Positions 9,457-18,674 are shown, counted from the first letter of the stretch. The stretch: 64,000 bases of DNA from Prosthecobacter sp. (GCF_044226605.1 NZ_JBGAGS010000001.1:91214-155213); one strand, 5' to 3'. The notes: generated from the letters alone by a model not told the origin. Program-made: numbers and translations.

Positions 9457-10752
9457 ATGAAATCCGAACTTAACAAGCTCAACCCCATCGCTCGTCGTGA
9501 CTTCATGATGCGCACCGCCCAGGCCGCTCTCGGCGTGACAGTCATGCCAGCCTTGAATCTGGCTGCTGCTCCCACCACCGGCGCCGGCACCCCCGGCTTC
9601 GGCAAGGCCAAGAACGTCATCTTCCTCTGGATGGGCGGCGGCATGACTCACATCGACACCTGGGATCCCAAGGACGGCCCAACCAAAGGCCCGACTGATC
9701 CCATCAAGGCGAATTCGGGTTCCGGCAACATGGACCGCCTCGGCGGCACCATGGTGAAGATGGCCAAGGTGGCCAACAAGTTTTCCATCATCCGCTCCAT
9801 GAGCTCCAAGACGGGCGTGCATGATCAGGGCACCTACGTCATGAAGACGGGCTATGAGCCTCGCGGCACCATCGTCCATCCTTGCATTGGCGCCTGGGCC
9901 TCCCACTTCCTGGGTCGTATCAAGGGACCAACCCTCCCGGACAGCGTCGTCGTCAACAGCGGCAATGCCTTCCCTGGCGCGGGCTTCTTCCCCACCACGA
10001 TGAGCCCCATCCCGATCTCCAATCCGGAGTCCGGCCTGCAGAACATCAAGCCCACCACTTCTGACGATCAGTTCAAGAAGCGTCTGTCCCTGACCGACGA
10101 GTTCGACACCTCCTTCCGCAAGAAGTTCCAGTCGGACGATGTGAAGTCCTACTCCGAGTTCTACGACGAAACCGTCAAGCTCATGAAGAGCGAAGACCTC
10201 AAGGCCTTCGATCTTAGCCAGGAGCCTGCCGACCTTCGCGCCAAGTATGGCCGCAACAACTTCGGCCAGGGTGCCCTCCTTGCCCGTCGTCTGGTCCAGG
10301 CCGGCGTGCGCTTCGTCGAAGTTCAGTCCGGCGGCTGGGACATGCACAACACCATCGACACGGCGCTCGGCAATACCGCCGCCACGATGGACAATGTCTT
10401 CGCCACCCTGATCGAAGACCTTGAAAGCCACGGCCTGCTTTCCTCCACGCTCATCGTCATGGGCTCCGAGTTCGGCCGCACCCCTGACATCAACGAGAAC
10501 GATGGTCGTGACCATTATCCTCTCGCTTACTCCACCGTCTTCGCAGGCGGCGGCGTCAAGGGCGGCTTCGTCTACGGTGCCACCGACAAGGAAGGCCGTC
10601 GTGTCGCTGACAAGCAGTGCACACCGCAGGACTTCCAGGCCACCATCGGCCACGCCATGGGCCTTCCTGTGGACGAAGTGGTCATGTCCCCCTCCAACCG
10701 TCCGTTCACGGTCGGCGACAAGGGCGTGCCTGTCCTCGACATCTTCGCGTAA
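9457..10752 (+). CDS. DUF1501 domain protein (sulfatase/phosphatase-like fold)
   Basis: It has a Tat-like signal (RRDFMMRTAQAAL) and the motifs GGGMTHIDTWDPK, GSEFGRTP and GRDHY. Confidence 0.9.
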   Translation: MKSELNKLNPIARRDFMMRTAQAALGVTVMPALNLAAAPTTGAGTPGFGKAKNVIFLWMGGGMTHIDTWDPKDGPTKGPTDPIKANSGSGNMDRLGGTMVKMAKVANKFSIIRSMSSKTGVHDQGTYVMKTGYEPRGTIVHPCIGAWASHFLGRIKGPTLPDSVVVNSGNAFPGAGFFPTTMSPIPISNPESGLQNIKPTTSDDQFKKRLSLTDEFDTSFRKKFQSDDVKSYSEFYDETVKLMKSEDLKAFDLSQEPADLRAKYGRNNFGQGALLARRLVQAGVRFVEVQSGGWDMHNTIDTALGNTAATMDNVFATLIEDLESHGLLSSTLIVMGSEFGRTPDINENDGRDHYPLAYSTVFAGGGVKGGFVYGATDKEGRRVADKQCTPQDFQATIGHAMGLPVDEVVMSPSNRPFTVGDKGVPVLDIFA

Positions 10753-10780
10753 TCCCGCGCAGAATCATCTCTTCAACGAG

Positions 10781-10811
10781 AACACCCGGTCGCAAGACCG
10801 GGTGTTTTTTT
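10781..10811 (+). terminator. rho-independent terminator after the DUF1501 gene
   Basis: aacacccggtc-gcaa-gaccgggtgtt forms an 11-bp stem followed by a T-run. Confidence 0.8.
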
Positions 10812-11007
10812 ATGCCCTGCAGTTCCCCGGGTCAGACTTCGTTCGACCCGCAGGTCAAGCTCCGGTTCCGCAGGTGGAGTTTCGGCTCTGAAGGCAGAGC
10901 CTAGCTACGAAGATAGAGCTTCAGTTCCGAAGGGAGGGCGCCTGGTCCTCCAAGCGCAGCCTGACTTCTCCCGGTCCTCCGAATGCCCCGCCACTCCCGC
11001 AAAAAGA

Positions 11008-12087
11008 TCACCGCCGCCTGCGCGGCCAGCACCAAAGTCCCGCCGCCACCAGCAAAAGCACCGGGCATCCCGGCTCCGGCACCGGCGTCACCGCAAAGTT
11101 AAAATCGTCAAAACTGTGGATGTAGCTTACCGCGCCGTTGTCCAGCGAACCACCCCGTAGATCCCACTGCAGGCCAGTCAATGCACCGCTTGCCACGCCA
11201 AGGCCCTGATTCGTCAAGACATCCACGTTGCCTGAAAGCAGCGAGCTGTTGTCATTGTACGCGTTGACCGCCAGACCTGCTGTGTTGTCAGCGGTGTTCA
11301 GCATCACGGTGATTTCTGAGTAGCCGGCGCTGCCCATCTGATACGGCGTGAGCTGCCACGCGCCGCCGTTCAGGCGATACTCCAGCCAGTTGTCTCCCGT
11401 GTAGCCAACCTCAAAGACCGGCTTGTTCGCCGCATCCATCAGCGACAGCCCAAACAGGTTGCCGGTGTCAGGATCATCCCAGTCCGAAGGCTTCACCCAA
11501 AACGACATCTGAATCAGCGCTGCCGTCGTGCTCGCAGGATCGATCCCGCCCAGATCGCGCGAATCCAGGCTGTAGAGATAGCTCAAATTTTGATCCGACG
11601 CCTGCAGGTTCAAGGTCTGCGATCCCCCGTGCGGCATGGTGTTGCGGTAGGCCACGATCGAATCCCGCGCAAACTGGCTCCCATAGTAGTAGGGCGCATT
11701 GGCGTCTTCATTGAGCCGCCCTCCGCTCAAGGCCTGCCATAATCCGGTATTGTCTGCGATATCCGCCGCAGCCCCGCCCGGACCGCCGTTGTTCGTCCCA
11801 AACTGCCCCGCGTTGTAACGCGTCACGTCTGGTCCATTGGTGCCATCGCTGAAGTTATTGGGGTAGGCACCCCACGGCACTACTCCCGTGAACCCACCCA
11901 CCGGGTTGTTGCTGAAATAGAACTGCGCATCTCCGGCAAATGCTCCCGAGGCAATCTGCCCGTTGAGCGGTATTCGGTAGCCATCCTGCTCCTCAAATCC
12001 GCCCAAATAGGCTTCGGCGTCTGGGGAGCAGACCAAGGCTCCGAAGAGGCAAGCGAGGAGATTGAATCTGGGTACGGTTTTCTTCAC
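11008..12087 (-). CDS. PEP-CTERM sorting-domain secreted protein
   Basis: It has an N-terminal signal peptide. The C-terminus reads VPEPG, then a hydrophobic helix (PVLLLVAAGLWCW), then PRRRR. The start is GTG. Confidence 0.7.
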   Translation of the reverse strand: MKKTVPRFNLLACLFGALVCSPDAEAYLGGFEEQDGYRIPLNGQIASGAFAGDAQFYFSNNPVGGFTGVVPWGAYPNNFSDGTNGPDVTRYNAGQFGTNNGGPGGAAADIADNTGLWQALSGGRLNEDANAPYYYGSQFARDSIVAYRNTMPHGGSQTLNLQASDQNLSYLYSLDSRDLGGIDPASTTAALIQMSFWVKPSDWDDPDTGNLFGLSLMDAANKPVFEVGYTGDNWLEYRLNGGAWQLTPYQMGSAGYSEITVMLNTADNTAGLAVNAYNDNSSLLSGNVDVLTNQGLGVASGALTGLQWDLRGGSLDNGAVSYIHSFDDFNFAVTPVPEPGCPVLLLVAAGLWCWPRRRR

Positions 12088-12122
12088 GGACTAAGACTTA
12101 CCTTAGTCGCCCTGAATATAAT

Positions 12123-12138
12123 TTCAATAATTATTGAA
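12123..12138. promoter_or_regulatory. 16-bp perfect AT-rich palindrome in a divergent intergenic region
   Basis: ttcaataattattgaa is self-complementary. It lies between the PEP-CTERM gene and xseB-dxs. Confidence 0.3.
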
Positions 12139-12264
12139 TTATTCCATAGGTTGTCAATCTCACTTGGCGCAGCTTTCCACACCCGGCTTTTCCTGCTTGC
12201 GGCCACCTGCGAAGCCCTGATAATGGCCGCCCTTCCCCGCCTTTATTGGCACCCCTGTTGTCCC

Positions 12265-12612
12265 ATGAGCAAACCCTCCCCTCAGTCTGATGAACCTTCC
12301 TTCGAAGACGCCATGCAGCGTCTGGATGAGATCGTCGCTGGGATGGAGGATGGCCAGCTTTCGCTGGAGGAAATGATTTCGAGCTACGAGGACGGCGTCC
12401 GCCTACTCAAGCTCTGCCGTCAGCGAATTGACGGCGCACGCCGCCGCGTGGACCTTATCAGCGCCGATCTGGAAGGTGGCAAAGCCTCGCTCACTTCATT
12501 TGACGATGGCGATGATAACGACGACAGCGCCGAAGACACCGACAAGCCCCGCCCTCCAGCCCGCCGCCGTAAAAACGCCGAGACAGAAGGTGGCGAAATC
12601 CGACTTTTTTAA
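12265..12612 (+). CDS. xseB: exodeoxyribonuclease VII small subunit
   Basis: SFEDAMQRLDEIVAGMEDGQLSLEEMISSYEDGVRLLKLCRQRI is present. I preferred the internal ATG at 12265 over the track start. The tail is acidic and basic. Confidence 0.85.
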   Translation: MSKPSPQSDEPSFEDAMQRLDEIVAGMEDGQLSLEEMISSYEDGVRLLKLCRQRIDGARRRVDLISADLEGGKASLTSFDDGDDNDDSAEDTDKPRPPARRRKNAETEGGEIRLF

Positions 12613-12617
12613 GACCT

Positions 12618-14510
12618 GTGGATACCCAACTGCCTGACATCAACTCCCCTGCCGACCTCAAAGCCCTCCCGCTTGAGAAACTGCCTCTTCTTGCCGAGAA
12701 AATCCGCAAGACTCTCATCGAGACCCTCAGCCAGACCGGCGGGCACCTCGGCCCCAATCTCGGTGTCGTGGAGCTGACCATCGCCCTGCATCGCGTCTTT
12801 GACACCCCCAAGGACCGCTTCGTCTTCGACGTCGCTCATCAAGGCTATGTCCACAAGATGCTCACCGGCCGCTGGGATCGCATCCACACCATCCGCCAGC
12901 ACGACGGTCTGAACGGTTTCCTCCTCCGCACAGAAAGTGAACACGACTGCTACGGCGCAGGCCATGCAGGCACTGCCCTTTCCGCCGCCCTTGGCATGGC
13001 CACCGGCCGCGACCTTGCTGGTGGAGACGAGAATGTCGTCTGCGTCGCCGGAGACGCCGCCTTCACCTGCGGCCCTGTGTTCGAAGCGATGAACAACGTC
13101 GCTGCTCACACCAAGCGCCTGATCTGCGTTCTCAACGACAACGAGTGGTCCATCGACCGCAACGTCGGCGCCATTGCCAAGTACTTCAACACCATCGCCA
13201 CCAGCCCGGCCTACGCCAACCTTCACCAGAAGGCCGGCAAGCTTCTGGAGTTCATGCTAGGCGAAGACGTGCGCCGCATCGCCAAAAAAGTCGAGGACCA
13301 CGCCAAGAACATTCTCCTTCCCCAGAGCCAGACCCCGTCCAACCGCAGCTCCCTCTTCGACGAATTCGGCATCCGCTACTACGGCCCCATTGACGGCCAC
13401 AACATCCCCCTCCTCATCCAGACTTTTGAGTTCCTCAAAACCCAGGATGAACCGGTGATCCTCCACATCATCACCGAAAAAGGCCGCGGCTACACCCCTG
13501 CCCTGAACGACCCGGGCAAATTCCACGGCCTCGGCAAATACACCGTCGAAACTGGCGAAACCCCCGCCAGCGACAAGCCGACCTACTCCCAGGTTTTCGC
13601 CCGCAGCGTCACCGACTTCGCCAAGGAAGACAAAAAGATCGTAGCCATCACCGGTGCCATGCCCGGCGGCACCGGCCTCAGCGTCTTCAAAAAAGAAATC
13701 CCCGAACGCTACTTCGATGTCGGCATCGCCGAAGAACACGCCGCCCTCTTTGCCTGCGGCCTTGCCACCCGTGGCCTGAAGCCCTTCCTGACGATCTATT
13801 CCACCTTCATGCAGCGTGCGTTTGACATGATCGTGCATGACATGGCCATTCAAAACCTCCCCGTGCGCCTGTGCATGGACCGAGGCGGCCTCAGCGGTGA
13901 CGACGGCCCCACGCACCACGGCCTCTTTGACATCGCCTACCTCCGCGGCATCCCCGGCATCGTCCATATGCAGCCCCGCAACGAGGATGAATTCGTGGAC
14001 ATGCTCTGGACGATGGCCCAGTACGAGAGCGGCCCCATCGCCATCCGCTATCCCCGTGGCAACGGCCCCGGCATCCTGCCCAAAGGCAAACCGGTACGCC
14101 TTGAGATTGGCAAGGCCGAAGTCGTCGCTGACGGCAACGACGTCGCCCTCATCGCGCTCGGCGACATGTTCCCGGTGGCCGAGGCCGCGAAGAAAGAGCT
14201 CGAAGCCAAAGGCTTGTCCGTGGCCCTTATCAATCCTCGGTGGATCAAGCCTCTCGACATGGACTGCTTCACCTCTTACGCCAAAAAGGTGAAAGTGGTC
14301 TGCACGCTGGAAGACCACGTTCTCCGCAATGGCTTCGGCGCGGGCGTCATCGAGCAACTCAGCGACGCGGGCATCCAAACACCGGTGGTTCGCATCGGCT
14401 GGCCTGACCAGTTCGTCGAGCACGGCACTCCTTCCGTTCTCCGCAAGAAGCATGGCCTCAGCGTCGAGAATACGGTCGCAAAGGTGCTTGGTGCGCTGGG
14501 CCGGAAGTAA
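12618..14510 (+). CDS. dxs: 1-deoxy-D-xylulose-5-phosphate synthase
   Basis: 630 aa. It contains GGHLGPNLGVVELTIALH, a GDAAFTCG thiamine-PP-type motif and transketolase-like central and C-terminal domains. Confidence 0.97.
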   Translation: MDTQLPDINSPADLKALPLEKLPLLAEKIRKTLIETLSQTGGHLGPNLGVVELTIALHRVFDTPKDRFVFDVAHQGYVHKMLTGRWDRIHTIRQHDGLNGFLLRTESEHDCYGAGHAGTALSAALGMATGRDLAGGDENVVCVAGDAAFTCGPVFEAMNNVAAHTKRLICVLNDNEWSIDRNVGAIAKYFNTIATSPAYANLHQKAGKLLEFMLGEDVRRIAKKVEDHAKNILLPQSQTPSNRSSLFDEFGIRYYGPIDGHNIPLLIQTFEFLKTQDEPVILHIITEKGRGYTPALNDPGKFHGLGKYTVETGETPASDKPTYSQVFARSVTDFAKEDKKIVAITGAMPGGTGLSVFKKEIPERYFDVGIAEEHAALFACGLATRGLKPFLTIYSTFMQRAFDMIVHDMAIQNLPVRLCMDRGGLSGDDGPTHHGLFDIAYLRGIPGIVHMQPRNEDEFVDMLWTMAQYESGPIAIRYPRGNGPGILPKGKPVRLEIGKAEVVADGNDVALIALGDMFPVAEAAKKELEAKGLSVALINPRWIKPLDMDCFTSYAKKVKVVCTLEDHVLRNGFGAGVIEQLSDAGIQTPVVRIGWPDQFVEHGTPSVLRKKHGLSVENTVAKVLGALGRK

Positions 14511-14649
14511 TGTGATAAGACAACTTGTCTTGGAGCATGGACTTCCAAAGCCGGCAAAACCATGGCACTTTTCGCTCGTAGTTCTCATGCAAAGCGCCAT
14601 GCCTTGTCAGCCTTAGTTTCAGTCCACTGACGGGAAGCTGGCGCAGGCC

Positions 14650-16194
14650 ATGAATAGTGGTCCGCCATTCCCATCCTTTCTGCACTCGTCCATCGTCATG
14701 CTTACTTCAGATGATGAAGCTGCCTCTACACCCACCCAAGACTCGGGTGAGGCAGATCATCATCGGCAGGATTCGTGCAGCATTGAAGAAAAATTGGTTG
14801 GGGATGTCGCACCCACGGAAGAAAGGGAAAGGCCTTTTCACTCCCGGCCATCAATGCGTAACAGGCGGGCTCGACCGTTGCCGCCCTGGATTTTCGGAAC
14901 GAGCCTGGTGGCAGCAGCGGCAATAGGTTATCTGGTTGGGATTAACAGAGGGCCGCAGCAAGTGACGAGTATTGCTCCTGCCCCAGCCACGGCTGTTGAA
15001 CATGCTCCTACCCGGGTGCCAGCTCCTATCCCAACTGCTACTCCAACTCCAGTTTCCGCTGCAGCGGCAGTTCCCGCCGCTGCACCCGTTTCCGCCGTGG
15101 CAGCAGCTCCCGCCCCTGCACCGGTTTCTGCCCCGACACCAATTTCCGCTTCTGCGCCCGTTCCCGCCCCAGCTCCAGTTCCTGCCCCAGCTCCAGTTAC
15201 CGCCCCAGCTCCAGTTACCGCCCCTGCACCGGTTTCCGCTTCGGCACCCGTTCACGCTTTTGCCCCTGTTCCTGCCCCAGCATCTGGTCCCACTTCTGCA
15301 CCCGTTTCCACCCCAGCACCAGTTCCCATCCCTGCACCGTTACCCTCCAAGCCGGTCGAGACGGAGCTGGTGTCTCTGAAAGGCGGGGTTTTTTTGATGG
15401 GAGATACGCTGGATCATATGACAGATGCCCGGCCTCACAAAGTCAGCGTTTCCGCGTTCATGATCGCCAAGTACGAAGTCACCTTGGAGCTATGGGACAG
15501 GGTCATGCTGTGGGGCAGGAAACATGGTTATCCGGACATTCCCGCCGGCACCGGCAAAGCGCTAAAACACCCCGCTTATGGCATGAAGTGGGGCGATGCC
15601 GTCAAATGGTGCAATGCGCTGAGTGAAATGGAAGGGCTCACGCCGTGTTATTATGCCGAGGCCAGCCGGCAGAACGTGGTTCGCAGCGGCATGGCAGACG
15701 TGGGTAACCAGCAGGTCAACTGGAAGGCCAACGGCTATCGCCTGCCCACCGAGGCGGAGTGGGAGTTCGCCGCCCGAGGCGGCCGGGAGGGCATGCGTTT
15801 CCCGTGGGGCAATGAGATCACGCAGGAACAGGCCAACTACCACGGATCTCCCTCCATTCCGTATGACAAAAGCGGGCGCTCGGGAGTGTCCGCAGCCGCC
15901 CTCAGCAGCCCCCCCTACACCGTAGGTACAGGCACGTTTCAGCCCAACCGTTTCGGCCTTTATGACATGATCGGAAACGTGGCGGAGTGGTGCTGGGATT
16001 TTTATGAACCCAAGTATGGCGCCACTCTACAGCTGACCAACAACCCGCATGGTCCGGACATGGGCAAAGCCTGCGTCATCCGCGGCGGCAGCTGGCGACA
16101 CACAGCCGACGACGCACGCTGCGCGAGTCGTTTCAGCCTGGCAGGGGACCGGCCGGCGGCCTACGTAGGCTTTCGTCTGGCGCGAAGCCACTGA
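14650..16194 (+). CDS. membrane-anchored FGE-sulfatase (SUMF1-like) domain protein with a Pro/Ala repeat linker
   Basis: It has a TM helix (IFGTSLVAAAAIGYLVGI), about 120 aa of APAPV-type repeats, then GYRLPTEAEWEFAARGG, GNVAEWCWD and RGGSW. Confidence 0.85.
   Translation: MNSGPPFPSFLHSSIVMLTSDDEAASTPTQDSGEADHHRQDSCSIEEKLVGDVAPTEERERPFHSRPSMRNRRARPLPPWIFGTSLVAAAAIGYLVGINRGPQQVTSIAPAPATAVEHAPTRVPAPIPTATPTPVSAAAAVPAAAPVSAVAAAPAPAPVSAPTPISASAPVPAPAPVPAPAPVTAPAPVTAPAPVSASAPVHAFAPVPAPASGPTSAPVSTPAPVPIPAPLPSKPVETELVSLKGGVFLMGDTLDHMTDARPHKVSVSAFMIAKYEVTLELWDRVMLWGRKHGYPDIPAGTGKALKHPAYGMKWGDAVKWCNALSEMEGLTPCYYAEASRQNVVRSGMADVGNQQVNWKANGYRLPTEAEWEFAARGGREGMRFPWGNEITQEQANYHGSPSIPYDKSGRSGVSAAALSSPPYTVGTGTFQPNRFGLYDMIGNVAEWCWDFYEPKYGATLQLTNNPHGPDMGKACVIRGGSWRHTADDARCASRFSLAGDRPAAYVGFRLARSH
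15166..15219 (+). repeat. three near-perfect in-frame 18-bp tandem units (gccccagctccagttNcc)
   Basis: The units at 15166-15183, 15184-15201 and 15202-15219 each encode APAPV(P/T). They sit inside a degenerate repeat tract at about 14975-15350. Confidence 0.85.
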
Positions 16195-16209
16195 CTCTCC
16201 GCCCAGCTT

Positions 16210-16815
16210 TTACGGCACGACCGACGCAAAGTTCTGCGTGGCATAGATGTGGAATTGGGCGCAGGTGCAGGGATGCACACCACAGCCTAGGAAAACCAGG
16301 TTGCGGTTCAGAATGGTCGCCCTGTGGCTGGCTGAGTTCATCCACAGCCTCACGATCTCATCCGCGAAAGCCAGGTAGGTCAGACCGTTCGAGGTGCGCA
16401 TGGCGATGTTCTCAGCCCGCTCCCCACTTTTCACGCCCCAGGCCTCCATGCGCTGCCATGGCGTGCGTTTTGCGGGATCATGCGGATTCTCATGAGAGAA
16501 AAACTTTCCCGCTGCCATCTCCCGCGAGTGCTCATACGCGCATGCTCTCAGAGCGAGCGAAGTCTGGAACGGGGGCAGCCTGTTCTTCTCCCGCTCCGTA
16601 TTGGTCGCGTAAAAAATCGCCGCGCTCAGCAGTCCCAGATCCATTTTCTCACGCTCCATCACCTGCAGCACCGGCGGATGGAGGCGAAACGTCTCGGGCG
16701 TGAAACGCGCATAGTCTTCTGTTGTCCACGGAGCGGCCTTTTCCACAGGTTTCGCCGGCTCTTCCGCTCCCAACGGCAGCATGAGAACGAGCAGGAGCAG
16801 GAGCAAACGCATCAC
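16210..16815 (-). CDS. CAP/SCP-domain secreted protein
   Basis: It has a signal peptide, then HSREMAAGKFFSHENP and LWMNSASHRATIL, which are typical CAP motifs. Confidence 0.75.
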   Translation of the reverse strand: MMRLLLLLLVLMLPLGAEEPAKPVEKAAPWTTEDYARFTPETFRLHPPVLQVMEREKMDLGLLSAAIFYATNTEREKNRLPPFQTSLALRACAYEHSREMAAGKFFSHENPHDPAKRTPWQRMEAWGVKSGERAENIAMRTSNGLTYLAFADEIVRLWMNSASHRATILNRNLVFLGCGVHPCTCAQFHIYATQNFASVVP

Positions 16816-16829
16816 AGGAGTTTCATGGC

Positions 16830-17915
16830 TTACCGTTCCTCAACCCACCCCGGAGCAGGGTAGCTGCCAAGGACTTTGACCTGGACCGCGATGCCTTCGA
16901 TTTCGAGGGCGGAGATGGCCTGCTTGAGAGTGCTGTCCGAATGGTGCCCGCTGATCTCCAGGAAAAAGCGTGCCTCGGCACCGCTCGCCGTGGGACGGTT
17001 TTCGATCTGCCGCACGTTTACATTGCGGGAGGCAAATACCTGCAGCACTTCCATCAGCGCTCCCACCCGATCCTTGGAATGGATCATCAGCATCGTGTTG
17101 TCATTGCCAGATGGCGGTCCGGAGCGACGGCCGAGGATGATGAAGCGGGTCTGCGTGGCGTATTCGCGAGGCGAAGTGGCGATGACGCGCAGATCGTGCA
17201 GTTCCGCGCTCAAGGGCGTGCCCAGAGCCGCCACCGTGGGATTCTGCGCCGCAAGCGAGGCCGCGGCACTGGAGCTGGCAGACTCGATGAGCCTGGCACC
17301 CGGGAAGCTCTGTGCCAGCCAAGGGCGGCAGTGGGCCAGCATCTGCGCCCGGCCATGGATCTCGGTGATCGTGCTGTGCGGCCCCTGCGCCATCACGGCG
17401 GCATCCGCCTTCCACAAAATCTCCGCATAAATCTGCAGCGCGCTGTCAGCCAGATGATCCAGCGTGTGATGCACCGCCCCCTCAGTGGAGTGCTCGATGG
17501 GCAGCACGCCATAATCCGCCGTCTGCGTGGCCACGCAGCCAAACACGCCTTCGGTGCTGGCTTCCGCGAGGTATTCCACACAGTGACCAAATTTGTTCAC
17601 CGCCGCCTGGTGCGTCCATGAACCGGTGGGGCCGAGGTAGGCAATCTTGAGGCTGTCTTCCAAAGCCAGCGCCGCACTCATGATCTCGCGATAGATCGCG
17701 CGGATCGCACGCTCGGTGAGGCGGCCGTTTTGCGCCCGATTGATCTCCGCCAGCTTGCGCAGCAGCTTGTCCTCACGGCCCGGCACATAGATGTCCAGGT
17801 CGTCCTTGCGTTTGATCTCGCCCACCGCGTGCACCAGCTCGGCACGTTCGTTCAGCAGACGCAGCAGCTGCTGATCGATGCTGTCGATCTTGATGCGCAC
17901 TTCTTCGAGGGACAT
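16830..17915 (-). CDS. pheA: chorismate mutase / prephenate dehydratase (P-protein)
   Basis: It has an N-terminal chorismate mutase helix (RIKIDSIDQQLLRLLNERAEL), a prephenate dehydratase domain and a C-terminal ACT region (TMLMIHSKDRVGALMEVL). Confidence 0.93.
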   Translation of the reverse strand: MSLEEVRIKIDSIDQQLLRLLNERAELVHAVGEIKRKDDLDIYVPGREDKLLRKLAEINRAQNGRLTERAIRAIYREIMSAALALEDSLKIAYLGPTGSWTHQAAVNKFGHCVEYLAEASTEGVFGCVATQTADYGVLPIEHSTEGAVHHTLDHLADSALQIYAEILWKADAAVMAQGPHSTITEIHGRAQMLAHCRPWLAQSFPGARLIESASSSAAASLAAQNPTVAALGTPLSAELHDLRVIATSPREYATQTRFIILGRRSGPPSGNDNTMLMIHSKDRVGALMEVLQVFASRNVNVRQIENRPTASGAEARFFLEISGHHSDSTLKQAISALEIEGIAVQVKVLGSYPAPGWVEER

Positions 17916-17942
17916 GGGCCGCTGGAGAAAAAAAGGGGTGGT

Positions 17943-18674
17943 TTAGGACGCGTCTGCCGCGGCAGGGGCCACGGGAGCCAGGGAGAGCTGGTGCTCCTGC
18001 GGCTGATCGGAGGCGGGGGCTGATTCCTCGGCAGTCGGCAGCTTCACACGGCGGAGTTCGGAAGCATTTGGCATGTCATCGAGACTACGAACACCAAAAT
18101 GATCGAGGAAGGCTTCTGTGGTGCCATACAGCAGCGGGCGGCCAGGGAGGTCGGCACGGCCTTCGATTTTCATCAAGCCGCGGTCGATAAGCTGCTGCAC
18201 CATCGCATCCACCGAAACACCACGCACGGCTTCGATCCCGGCTTTCGTAATGGGCTGGCGGTAGGCCACGATGGCGAGAGTCTCTAGCGCCGGCTGGCTG
18301 AGGCGCTGCACTTTTTTCCCGGGGTAAAGAGCGCGACACCACTCGGCGTATTCGCCACGGGCGGCGATGCGCCAGCCATTGGCGCGCTCCACAAGGGTAA
18401 ACGCGTGCTTCTCCGCCGCATAGCGGGCGATCAGTTCGTCCAAAATGCCACGCACCTGCTCCTCCGTTGTTTCAGCCAGAGGTGCCACCCATTCCGGGAT
18501 TTGCATCTGCGGCTTTCCATCCTCGCCGGCAGACTCTGCGGCGGCATCCAGAATGTCCTTCGCCGTTTCTTTCACGGCGGCACACATCTGCGGCACGCCC
18601 AGGGGCTCCTGGGTGGCAAAAAGAAGGGCTTCGACGATCGAGATCAGTTCCATGGCGCGGACGGGCAATCTCAA
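17943..18674 (-). CDS. scpB: segregation and condensation protein B
   Basis: IVEALLFATQEPL, LSQPALETLAIVAYRQPITKAGIEAVRGV and GRPLLYGTT are present. Confidence 0.9.
   Translation of the reverse strand: MRLPVRAMELISIVEALLFATQEPLGVPQMCAAVKETAKDILDAAAESAGEDGKPQMQIPEWVAPLAETTEEQVRGILDELIARYAAEKHAFTLVERANGWRIAARGEYAEWCRALYPGKKVQRLSQPALETLAIVAYRQPITKAGIEAVRGVSVDAMVQQLIDRGLMKIEGRADLPGRPLLYGTTEAFLDHFGVRSLDDMPNASELRRVKLPTAEESAPASDQPQEHQLSLAPVAPAAADAS

Noticed and set aside
10830-10910. A gttcgacccgcagg segment and nearby small stems that resemble a tRNA T-arm or tRNA remnant, in the 255-bp gap after the DUF1501 terminator.
   Set aside because: I could not build an acceptor stem, anticodon arm or cloverleaf. 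The T-loop consensus GGTTCGA(A/G)TCC is not met.
12612-12618. xseB is directly followed by dxs with no ispA between them, unlike the E. coli xseB-ispA-dxs operon.
   Set aside because: Gene order varies widely between phyla, and a short-chain prenyl synthase may lie elsewhere in the genome. This is not informative on its own.
14975-15350. A repetitive tract that at first glance could be a CRISPR-like or minisatellite array.
   Set aside because: The units are 18 nt, contiguous with no spacers, and in frame within a well-supported CDS. They encode a Pro/Ala linker, so this is not a CRISPR array.
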